Source: Camelus dromedarius (lineage: Eukaryota). From it: a stretch of DNA of 64,000 bases. The notes under the pieces are model-generated. The model searched no databases. It saw nothing but the letters and a program-made list of their open reading frames with translations, and was not told the origin of the DNA. Below are positions 53,704 through 64,000 of the stretch, piece after piece. Each line of letters starts with the position of its first letter. Position 1 is the stretch's first letter. The translations under genes and the position numbers were made by a program. The stretch lies in the NCBI RefSeq assembly GCF_036321535.1, contig NC_087437.1, positions 62,374,001 to 62,438,000 of the forward strand. Reading direction: 5' to 3'.

Positions 53704-54195
53704 GTAGGGAAAGAAAAATCATTTTTCTTCTCTTTCCTAGGTTCTTGGCTGAGACACATCCCCCCACCCTCTGCAGAAGCCAGACTAAGAGGAGAAAAAC
53801 ACAATTTTAATTATGTGCATACACATGGGAGCCCCCACAAAGATATGAGACTCAGGCAGCCAGATGATTGAGGCTCATATACCCTCCTGAGCTGAGGAAA
53901 GGGCCGGGGGCCTGGGGCTGCAAATGGGAAAAGGCAATTCACAGGGGAAAAGTGCGAAGAGGAAATGTTTGGGAAGCAAAGATTCCTGCCAGCAGATAAG
54001 TCTCTCAGGTGAACAGGTCATCTCTGGTGTTAGCTCTCTTCCTGGTACAAGCCTCCTTCTAATGTAAATTTCCCTTACCAAGGGGTAACTAGGACTCAGT
54101 TTTCAGAGCTTCTTCTGTGCCTGCAGAAATATCAGCTCTAAATAATAAATAGGTAAAGAGGCATATTTTGGGGTGACACGTTCTGCTCCCCTTCA
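53704..54195 (-). mobile_element. Solo LTR (MER34-like ERV1)
   Basis: The minus strand starts tgaaggggagcagaacgtgtcaccccaaaatatgcctc and ends ...tccctaca. Family name from recall. Confidence 0.6.
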
Positions 54196-54379
54196 GTAGA
54201 GAAAATGCAGAGCCAGCCTTTAGCCGCCCTTGCTGGGGGCCCAGGGAATGAAAGGTGGTCCCCAGCTGAGGTACTGGGGTGGCCTTGGGGTGGGGAGGGG
54301 GACCATTTTGGGGCATTCCTTCATTCATTCATTACCTCTTACCAATCCACGTTTTCCTTTTCTCCTGAACCGTGTTTAG

Positions 54380-54467
54380 CCTATCAGCTTATCACCGTGG
54401 TGATCGCGGCAGCGGGAGGTGGGCTTCTCCTCATCCTGGGCATCGCACTGATTGTTACCTGTTGCCG
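54380..54467 (+). CDS. HEG1: HEG1 transmembrane exon, orphan copy (YQLITVVIAAAGGGLLLILGIALIVTCC)
   Basis: Matches the HEG1 TM segment; gtgtttag| acceptor and CG|gtgagt donor; 88 nt, phase 1 to 2. No upstream HEG1 exon was seen in the window. Confidence 0.88.
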
Positions 54468-54684
54468 GTGAGTGCCGGGTGTCCACATCCCAATTCTGTC
54501 CCTTTGCCTGTGCTAAACAAGGGTCCATTTTTATCCTCATAAAGAATGTCTGGGGTGGTGTACAGTATTAATGATAATCTATGACTGAACCATTAGAGAA
54601 AAAGAAAGGCAAATTTCTGACAGGCACTGCCATCAGGGAAAGAAAAGGAGAGCAAATGGGATTTTAGTGGAAAAAAAAGAATAT

Positions 54685-55855
54685 TCAAAAGCACAAGCAA
54701 CAAAAGAAAAAAGATAGATTGGACTTCATCAACATGAAAAACTCGGCTTCAAAGAACACTGTCAAGAAACTGAAAAGATGAGGGGAGGGTATAGCTCAGT
54801 GGTAGAGCACGTGCTTAGCAGGAGGTCCTGGATTCAGTCTCCCAGGACCTCCATTAAACAAATAAATAAGCCTAGTTACCCCTCCTCCCAAAAAAGTGAG
54901 AAGACAACCCACAGGAGGGGAGAAAATATTTGTAAATCATCTGTCTAACAAGGGACATGTGTCTAGAACATATAAAGAATTCTTACAACTCAGTAATAAA
55001 AATGCAACCCAATTTAAAAGTGGGCAAAGAATTTGAATAGACATTTCTCCAAAGAAGATATGAAATTGCCAGTAACATATGAAAAGATGCTCAAAGTCAT
55101 TAGCTATCAGAAAATGCAATCAAAACCAACATCGGGGGTGGGGGGGAACCCAAAAAACCGAAATTGGATACCACTTCACACCCAAAGATGACTATTGAAA
55201 ACAAACAAAAAATAGAAAATAGCAAATGTCGGTGAGAATGTGGGAGAATTAGGATGCTCATACACTGCTGCTGGAAACGTAAAATGGTGTAGCCACTTTG
55301 AAAAAAAACTGGCCGTCCCTCAGAAAGTTAAGCAGAGTTGCCATTTGACCCAGCATTTCCACTCTTAGGTACAAACCAAGAGAAATGAAAATGATGCCCA
55401 CACAGAAATATGGACATAAATTTTCATAGAGGACCAGTTCATAGTCACCAAAAGGTGAAAATAACCCCAATATCCATCAACTGATGGATGAACAAAATGC
55501 CATATCCATACAATGGAATATTATTCAGCCATGAAAAGGAACCAACTACTGATACATGCTGTAATGTGCATAAACCTTGAAAACAGTATGCTGCATGAAT
55601 TAAGCCAGTCACAGAAGACCACATATGTATGACTGCATTTATTGGAAATGTCTAAAATAGGCAAGTCAAAGAGAGACAGAATGTAGATTAGCGGTTACCT
55701 AGGGCTGGGTAGGCAGGGGCAGAATGACGGGTAACAGCTAAGGAGTATGGGTTTCTTTCCAGGGTGATGAAATTGTGCTGGAATTGATTGTGATGATGGT
55801 TACACAGCTCTGAATATACTACAAACCATTGACTTGTACATTTTAAGTGGGAAAA
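54685..55855 (+). mobile_element. Old L1M 3' fragment in the HEG1-derived intron
   Basis: L1 ORF2-end/3'UTR motifs (gaatagacatttctccaaagaaga, catacaatggaatattattcagcc). Confidence 0.8.
54782..54895 (+). mobile_element. tRNA-derived SINE (camelid Vic-1-like)
   Basis: ggggagggtatagctcagtggtagagc tRNA-like head with A box and decayed B box; A-rich tail; inserted in an L1 with a degenerate TSD. Confidence 0.75.
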
Positions 55856-57383
55856 TGAAGAAACAAAAAGAGATGAAAGGGGTTCACTGAAGTCGTTAGC
55901 AGTGGCGAGGAGCAGATAGTAGTAAACTTGGCTCTGGGCTGCTGGACACCAGCGGGATGGGTTTCTACTGGAAAAGGAAGAGAAAGAACAGAGCTGGTCC
56001 CCTTCTCCTAGATTATTCAGATAAGAGAAAACTCAGACCTTTGGTTTGGATGGTAATAAACAGCAGGAATTATCCTGACATCACAGATGGAGGGAACTTA
56101 CACAATAGCAAATTATCTTTTGGACCATTGATATGCAGGACAGTTTAAGATATCCTCTTCCTCCAGGGAGGCTGCAGAGAGCAAGCTGCTCCAACTGCCC
56201 ATCCAGGGATTCAGGCCTCACGGTTCAGCCATTGCCTATAATTTACAATGTTGCTAGCAAAGCATCAGAGATAAACTATGTGAGTGGAAATAAAACACTG
56301 GGAATGAGACTAGGAGCTAGAGAGACGAACCTCGAATGCTTCAGGGGTCTGCTAAGTGTCCCGGAGCAACCAGGTAGTGTGGAAGGAGAGCCTGTCTCTG
56401 CTGGCCCCTGGGAGGAGAAGGTCTTTGTGAATAATTAAGTCATTGTTTGAGACCGGATGCTCCACCCCCAGGGAGCAATAGAATTGCAAGTCTGTTCTGA
56501 ACTTGTCAGGAGGGACAACGCCTAAGCCCCATGCTGGACATTTGGTTTTATGATCCCGAGTGATTTGGTGCTTTCCCCAGAAAGTTCATTTACAGGAAAG
56601 CTACGTAAAGGGAGGAAACTCCAGATTCTCTTACCCAGGGCAAGTATAACTAAACATGTCTGACCCTAGGCTGGGTGCACAAGGTGACTGACATATCCTC
56701 CAACCCTTTCCAGTCAGAGAACTCTCACAGGTAGAGAACTTGTCCTAGGGTTTCCTGCCCCCTGAAATGAGAATCTGTATGGGTATAAAGACAGCTGGAC
56801 ATTTCTGCAAACAAAACATCATATTTTTACAGTTCGTGAAGTAGCTTCACGCAGTAAAAGAAGACTGACTAGAGAGTTCGAAAGCCTGAATTCTAGCCCA
56901 GCCTTGCTAGTAGCAAACTGTGACCCCAGGACAAATCACATCCTTCACAAAGCCAGAGTTGCCCCAGCCCCGCAACTCCTCAAGCAGGTGGGGAATAGCT
57001 GGGCTAAAGAACTCTAAAGGCCCTTCTGACTCCAACAGCTTGTGAATTTGAGCCTTATTTGCACCTGTTTCCCCCATGATTTAGAGATCTCTGTCCCCTA
57101 GAAGAGTCTAAATCCGCTCCACTGGGGCTGTGTCCTCTCTGCCCCCAAAAACCTGGCCCTTTGGGTTCAAAGATTTTTGGCTTTTTTTTTTTTTGCACCT
57201 AATTGCATTTTTACTTGTTTTAGGCAAATACTAAAATTAACAATAACATTCCTCAGTGGGCAGCTACAAAAAATAGTGGTAGCTTTAGTCTAATTTACCT
57301 TGTAAGTGACGAGATGGCACTTTCACAGATACCGTTTCTTTACAGAACTTATTCATTTAAATGTTAAATTTTTTTTCCCACAG

Positions 57384-57558
57384 AAAGAATAAAAATGACA
57401 TAAGCAAACTCATCTTCAAAAGTGGCGATTTCCAAATGTCCCCATATGCTGAGTACCCCAAGAACCCTCGGTCCCAAGAATGGGGCCGGGAAGCTATCGA
57501 GATGCACGAGAACGGAAGTACCAAGAACCTCCTCCAGATGACGGACGTGTATCACTCG
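57384..57558 (+). CDS. HEG1: HEG1 penultimate exon (RKNKNDISKLIFKSGDFQMSPYAEYPKNPRSQEWGREAIEMHENGSTKNLLQMTDVYHS)
   Basis: tttttcccacag| acceptor and TCG|gtgcgt donor; 175 nt, phase 2 to 0; HEG1 cytoplasmic sequence. Confidence 0.9.
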
Positions 57559-58065
57559 GTGCGTATGTCCGCCCCCGGGGGTCTCTGGGCTCCACTTTCC
57601 TCTGAGAATTCAAGGGCTTCCGTTTTGTGGTAGTCAGAGCACTCCAGCTAGTTAAGGGTTAAAGAGAATGGTGGCCTACGCCCATTATTCACATAATTTA
57701 ATATTCAGTTTACTTACTATCTCTTTGCTTGGTATTTATTAGTTTTGACGTTGAGATAATATTTCCATGGAACACAGTCCATAATTTATGGGGTTGTAGC
57801 AATAAACCTCTTGTCGTTGAAATTGCCTTTAAGTTACAGGATTGGAAGCTAAAAGATACAGAAAGAATTTAATGATATTTAGCCTTTGGCCCATCCATTT
57901 TTATCTTGTTGGCCATGCTTTACGTCATAAGGTTGGGAAATTGAAACTGAGGGACGGGGAAAAGGTGTAGAGAGAACATGCTGTCCTCAACCAGCCCATG
58001 ACAGAGGTTTCGCAGATTCAATAGGTCTTTAATAGTCAGTAGATCTTTAGTAATTTGCTATGTCC

Positions 58066-58440
58066 AAGAGAAAGACAAATATTATATCACTTACATGTAG
58101 AATCTAAAAAAAGATAGAAATTTTATTTACAAACCAGAAATAGACTCACAGACATAGAAAACAAACTATGGTCACCAAAGGAAAAAGGGGAGGGGAGGGA
58201 CAAATTAGGAGTTTGGGATAAACAGATACACACTACTATTTATAAAATAGACAAACAAGAACCTACTGTATAGCACAGGGAAGTAGATTCAATTTCTTGT
58301 AATAAGCAATAATGGAAAAGAATCTGAAAATACATGTATGTACACGTATATGTGCATAACTGAATCTTTTTGCTGTATACCTGAAACTAATATTGTAAAT
58401 CAACTACACTTCAATAAAAAAGATTTTTTTAATGTAAAAA
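58066..58440 (+). mobile_element. L1 3' end fragment
   Basis: agagaaagacaaatattatatcactt...gtaaatcaactacacttcaataaaaaa. Confidence 0.8.
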
Positions 58441-59238
58441 AATAATAATTTTCTGTATCTGGCCGTGGACTGCATCAGTTGGACAAATGAGAGACCACCC
58501 TGAACCCTGCTTCTTCTGTCCCACATTGAATAGCGCATGTCATATTCCGGTGCCCTGTCAGTTCATCTCAGGTTACACGATATCAGCCATAAAGCAAACA
58601 CGAGTGGAGATACCTGAGCTGAAAAATAAACAGCCATCAGGTGACTTCTCATGCCCTGTGGAGCTGTTTGAGGTATAGCTGCGTGTTTCTGGCCACTAGC
58701 TGAAAAGTTGCCTTTAATAGATAGAATTACAAACTTAGATGAACCCCATCTTCATTTCAGACATGGTAGGCTGAGCAGTGTGACAGGTGCTCAGATGATA
58801 TTGCCAAGGTCAGTCCCCCATTCGCGGCAGGGATACTAGCGTTCTGGTAAATGCCAGAGAGGATTTAAAGCCATTGTGCTCCACAGAGAAAGATACTCTT
58901 TTTTTAAGTCAAAATAATAATCAGATAATAATTAATTTCGATAATAATCAAGATAATAATCAACTCAGGCTTTTCCTCTGTTGGCCTGTGGGCTGCTCTT
59001 GACGATGTAATACTTCTAAAAATCCCCTTTTGACATATGGGCAAAGGTGCCTCAGGTTCCACAGAGACGACCTGGCAGGTGTGACTTCCAAGTCAAGCCT
59101 TGCTCTGCGGGAATAGCTGCCTCCGCATAAATTCATCGAAATGGAGCATTCGTCATTGTCGTCGTCGTTGTTTTTAATTATTTAATTGAAACCCAAGAAT
59201 CATAAACCGACTTCTCTTCTTCTCTCTTTGGCCACCAG

Positions 59239-59388
59239 CTCACCAGTATAAGGAATCCTGAACTTGAACGGAAAGGCCTCTACCCGACCTACACTGGATT
59301 GCCAGGATCGCGGCATTCTTGCGTTTTCCCCGGACAGTATAACCCAGTTTTCACCAGCGATGAGAGCAGGAGGAGGGACTACTTCTAA
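59239..59388 (+). CDS. HEG1: HEG1 last coding exon (LTSIRNPELERKGLYPTYTGLPGSRHSCVFPGQYNPVFTSDESRRRDYF*)
   Basis: ctctttggccaccag| acceptor; ends in the characteristic HEG1 C-terminus SRRRDYF with TAA at 59386-59388. Confidence 0.9.
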   Translation, partial: LTSIRNPELERKGLYPTYTGLPGSRHSCVFPGQYNPVFTSDESRRRDYF

Positions 59389-62300
59389 GTGCAGACAGCG
59401 CAGGGGCCTCCATCGCTCAGAGGACCGGACGGGGAGCAGCGCCCGGGGCCGCTCCCGGGGCTAGAGGAGCCACACCAGCGGAAGGGGCCGGGCGGAAGCG
59501 CCGTGAGGACAGGGGAGGCGACAGCGGGAGCCCGTGGAACTGGAACTGCCGGCTGCTCTTCAGCACCTGCATTGTTACTGTGAATGTGAACACGGGCCAG
59601 TACCACGGGGTCCCCGCGTGCCTGCAGCAGGGCCACGGCTGGGGGATGACGTTCCTTAGGGCTGATCACTAGGCATCATTGCAAGGACCCAGGTTTTCCT
59701 TAGCTTGCACCTCGGTAGATGCAAAAGCAGGGAGGGAGGTCTCCTTTCAGGTGTTTTTCAAGACTGCTCCGGAAAGAAGGCCTCTTCCTCAGATACTTCC
59801 AGAGGCCTCAATTTGGTGATGCTTTGACAGCGAAATACTGCCTCCTCAGTTGTTTTCCTGCCCAGTAGCTCCGTGCTGAAGCACAGGTGCCGACGGACCT
59901 ACCACTAGTGTCTGGAGATGCCCCAGGTTAAGGCACAGGGTTTCCACATGCTTCTAAGTCTTCTTGTGCTACGTTGGCCAGACAGACCCCCCCCCCCCCC
60001 TCCAAACGAGGAGCTGAAATGTGTGAGGCACAGCACACAACTCCAGTGTGCTTTCTTTAGTCCAGGTGACACGTTTATTTAAGGTTTTTTCCCTTTGCTG
60101 TCACAGCTCGCTTTTCCATACACGCCTGCATCAGGGCAAACAACTTGCACTTGGTTCTAATTAGAGGCTCCAGCTGCCCCACAGTGAGCCCAGCAGGCAG
60201 CAGCGGGCACGGGGTGAAGTTCCTGGTGGAAGGTCGACCCCCGAGGGCACCGTGTGGTGTGGGGGCTCTGAGCGCCTGCTTTGAGGCCCAGGCTGCCACG
60301 TAGGGAGCAGAAGTGAAAAGCTGACTGCAGGTTGGGCCTGAGCTGCTATTTCACCACTAATGCAAAAGCAGCTGGATGTGGTTAGAGGAGCGGGATGGAT
60401 AGGCGAGTTCGATTATCTGGAACGCCAGCCCTTTGGGAAGCCCTGCATATTGCTGGGGAAGGAGAGGGAGCTGAGGGGAGCCACACATGAGTCTGCTTAC
60501 CTAGTGCAGCACCTGTCCTAGAATTTCTGGTCTTGTCCACACCCAGTGTAGCTTGAGTGGTTCCACCAACCACTCAAAGCTATTTATTCATTGAAGAAAT
60601 AACTTATTTTCTCTCAGACAGTAATTTGTAACTCTTCATAGTATCACATAGTTCCCTCCAGAAGCATGGGTATAATTCAAGTTGGCTTTGGAGAACTAAG
60701 TCTCCTGGCCAGTTAGGGAGCTGAGCGTTTGCCTTGGGGAAAGAAACAACCCTGTGTCTTACTTATTATGCCCGTGACCTGGATCCTGTGTGCGGAGGAG
60801 GGTTGGGGGGTGGTGCATATCCAGTGTGGTGTCTTTACTCCTTGTGGAATTGTGATCATTCTCATCATCTACTTTTGAACATCCTGGTTTGGGGTAAAGA
60901 GAACACAGAGGTAAAAAAAATTGTTCCCACCCTGAAGCTTGGAGCCCAGTGGCACACTCATTTCTGGAAATGGTGCGGCCTTTGGAGACAGTTCTGTCCT
61001 GGGCATGGTGGTTTCTTCAAGATTCTCTACTGTCTTCAGAATGTATCTAATCCTTAATCTTATGGAATTCTCATTCTAACAGCTTTAAGTGCAAACTCCT
61101 GTGTCCCATGGTCTCCACGAGCAGGAAGGCTGCTCAGATGCGATGCCACTTTTGCAGTTCAGTTGCACTCATCTCATGAGATAGATACAGAGAGTCCTGT
61201 TTTTTGTCAGTGGGTGCCAACTTAAAATCTCAGAGCATCCCCTTTGAGAAATCTTGGGTCTTGCCTCTCCCCGTGGAACCAAACAGCCCTCTGAGTCTCA
61301 CGGCCTCGCATCTAACTGGAGAGCTCGGAGCTCCTGCACTCAGCTCACCTGAGCCAACAGGCTGGGTCCCTCCTGAGGCAGCTGCTTCCTGCTCTAGACG
61401 CAGAGCCCTGCTCACCTCCAGGGCCCAGAGCACAGTGGGGGCTGTTCCCAGGCATACACGCCTGCTGCCTCCACTGGCAGATCATCTCCGATACCAGGGC
61501 CGGAAGCTGTATGCTCCCCCACATGGAGTGGTCTGTCCCCAAAGCATCCTGGAGCAGGATCCCAACGTCCAGAAAAGAGTGTGCTGTGAGTTCCAAGAAT
61601 GCTTTCCTGTGAGTGGGTTTTGTGCATGTGAAATGGATTAAGAGTGTTGTCTTTTTCTTTTATCGTGAGTACTGTAGCACACCCCCGAAGGTTGAGTTCA
61701 CAGTTCTGTGCAGTTTCTAGGAGGCTTCTGAGAGTGGAAAAGTGCATCTCCAGGGCGTCAGGGTCTAAGAAGGCATGAAAGCAGCCTGACTGTTCCTCAG
61801 GGCCGGCTGCCTGCCTGGGTGAGGAAGGGAGAGGCCAGCTTCACTCCTGCTTGGGGTGAATATGCCTCCAGAAGGGTCCCCCCTGAGCCAAGAAATTGCT
61901 TGTGGGGCAGCAGCCCTGGACTGAAGGGACAGGCTGGATGCACCCTGGGGGAGCAGAAGCCCTCAGTGTTAGTCCTCCCACCTGGGGTGTGCGTTTCCTG
62001 TGCACAGAAATGTCCCGGTCCTACATGGGGTCCCAGGACTAGAGGACAAAGGGAGGAAAGGAAAAGTGGCCCCTAGCAGCCCGGGAGATGCTGAGAGGGT
62101 AGGGAAGAGTGGGCTGAACAGAACCCCCGCATCCTGCAGTGTACCTGAGCCTGGGGACGCAGAGCAGGGCAGCGCTCACCTGGAGCCTCCCACATCTGTG
62201 GGTTTGGTTGTAGCTCCAGAGGTCCTATTTCTTGTGTCTCTTCCTCTTTGCCCCACGAGCCAGCCCAGGGCACTGGAGACAATTTAGGAAGTCTTAATAG

Positions 62301-64000
62301 TCCCAAGAGCATCTCTTGTGTTTCCAGCAGGGCCAGGATCTGTGCAGGATCCTTGCCCTCACCACACCCTGGTGAGGTGGACATGAGAGCACTCATTCTC
62401 GGATGTGGGAACCTTCAGAGAGGACAAGCCCCTGCCTTGGAGAGTCAGGATCCAAACCCTTTACGTGGCTTGCTCCTCCTGGCTGATGCCTCACCATCCA
62501 GTATTAAAGAGAGCATGAGAGAGTGGGCTGAGAATAAGTTTGGGTTTGTTTTGGTTTGGGTTTTTAGAACTTTGATATTATTAAACTGGAACTAAACTGA
62601 TGACATGAAGTACAAAAACAAAATGTTGAAAAAGTCCTTTCAGGTCTGTTGTTACATGTATTTTTTGGACACCTGTGATGGTCATTAAGAAAGCTGTGGT
62701 CAGCTTGTGCTTAGCAAGAAGCACAGTGGTACATGGCTTTGGATGTAGGAGTGTACGGTGATGCTCTGGGTTTTGACAGACACAGCTAGACTTAGACATC
62801 CATCTGAGGGCTGCCTCACCTGGTTCCGTGGTAAGGCCGGATTTCCCACATATTGGAAGCAGATCTTTGTGAATGTTATCAGAGTCTGGAACTTATTCAG
62901 TTGAATGTCTTAAATGCTGACAAATTCCCCTCCTTTGACAGAAGTTTAATTTCAGAAGCAGCTAAGTCATTAAGAACCAACATTACTAAATGGATTGTGT
63001 TTTCAAGCTGGCTGATGGCATTTGAGGTCCAAAACAAAGCTGTAACAATTAAGTTCTTAAAGATGTTGTTCTTATAGTTGGTCCAAATGGGAGGGCAGCA
63101 TCTTTGCAGTACGAGGCCGGATGGCTGCCCAAGGAAGTGTCTTTGAAGGATGCTATTTATTCAGATGTGAACCTGTCCCAGAGCAGACACGCCAGGGTCA
63201 CGTGTCTCACGTGGCTGTTGGGGCCTCTGTTAAGCCCCCTTGCCCACGGTGGGTGGGAGGTGTGCCTGTAACTGTGTGAAGGCGGCTGACGAAGCCAGAG
63301 TGTTTCTCTCCTTGCTCCTGGATGAGTTTAGCTTAGCACACCCCACACCAGGGATTTGGGCCCGGGCTCTAAGATACTTACTCATATGGAAACTAGAACA
63401 CTTCTTTGGAGAGAGGAAAAATGCAAAGTTTAGTGTTTCAGGATTTTGCATCTCATTGGAAAGTACCGTTAATATTAATATCAGAGATTTTTTTTCTGTG
63501 AAAACTTTTGTGGGAATTAGAAGGGACGTTTCATTTTCTTCTTGTTGACAAAGCGTCATTCTGTGGTTCTCGTGTGCATTTTTGGAAACAGATGTTCTGT
63601 AGAATTGGCTGTTAAGTGTGTTCTTTTTTCCTTTCTCAAATCCCCAGAGGAGGATCCTGGTTAATATACTAGAAAAATTAAAGTACTAAGTGTCACTTAA
63701 CTTGTTGTGCTAAAGTATATTTTTAAGAGTGTTTTAATCTGTCCCATTTGGTATAAACTGCTCACAGAAAAGCCTGTGAAAACAAAGGGGCAACTGAGGT
63801 CAAAAAAGAGACAGATCTTTGACTCTGTCCTCTTGGCATTTTAATGAGGACGTTCTAAAGGGTTTGCCCATTGGATTCTGGCTTTGTGTTTTTCTAGGGG
63901 AAACACAGAAATACACCTCAGGTGCAGAGTCCTTGGGTAGGAAGGATGGGACTGGATAGGAATGAGATGGAACCAGTCTACCCGGGAAGCTACCCCAGGT

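Larger units (their letters stand above)
54380..63700 (+). pseudogene. HEG1: 5'-truncated HEG1 copy (last 3 exons + long 3'UTR): a gene fragment or an alternative 3' end for MUC13
   Basis: No HEG1 promoter or ectodomain exons were found between the MUC13 3' end and 54380. The 3'UTR from 59389 is repeat-poor; candidate ATTAAA at 63677-63682. The UTR end is uncertain. Confidence 0.6.

Noticed and set aside
54782..54850. tRNA gene
   Set aside because: Truncated, decayed tRNA-like head followed by a SINE body and A-rich tail, inserted in an L1; it is a SINE.
56825..56859. Short hairpin ttttacagttcgtgaag-tag-cttcacgcagtaaaa
   Set aside because: Too short and imperfect to support a miRNA or structured RNA call; compatible with chance or a small transposon relic.
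59389..64000. Numerous 60-145 aa ORFs downstream of the HEG1 stop
   Set aside because: They lie in the presumed 3'UTR, with no recognisable domains or exon structure.

Overview
Mammalian genomic DNA, most likely camelid (a Vic-1-like tRNA-derived SINE and camelid-type L1 3' ends). The + strand carries a complete MUC13-type transmembrane mucin gene: 11 coding exons at 12859-42937 plus a 3'UTR exon at 44519-~45510. The spliced ORF is 1929 nt (642 aa): signal peptide, PTS/VNTR, EGF, SEA, EGF-like modules, TM and cytoplasmic tail. About 9 kb after the MUC13 poly(A) signal, on the same strand, lie only the last three exons of HEG1 (TM exon 54380-54467, tail exons 57384-57558 and 59239-59388, long 3'UTR). 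In the usual mammalian order HEG1 lies upstream of MUC13 and ITGB5 follows it, so this looks like the junction of a tandem [HEG1 3' end + MUC13] duplication. The orphan HEG1 exons are intact and phase-compatible with MUC13 exons 9 and 10, so a MUC13-ectodomain/HEG1-tail chimeric receptor is possible. This MUC13 copy also has a nonsense codon just before its conserved C-terminus, and the HEG1 fragment has substitutions in the Rasip1-binding motif. The rest is mostly repeats: a near-full-length antisense L1 in intron 1, L1 fragments, solo LTRs, hAT fossils and simple repeats. Gene identities and repeat family names rest on my recall of the orthologues and consensus sequences, not on a database search.
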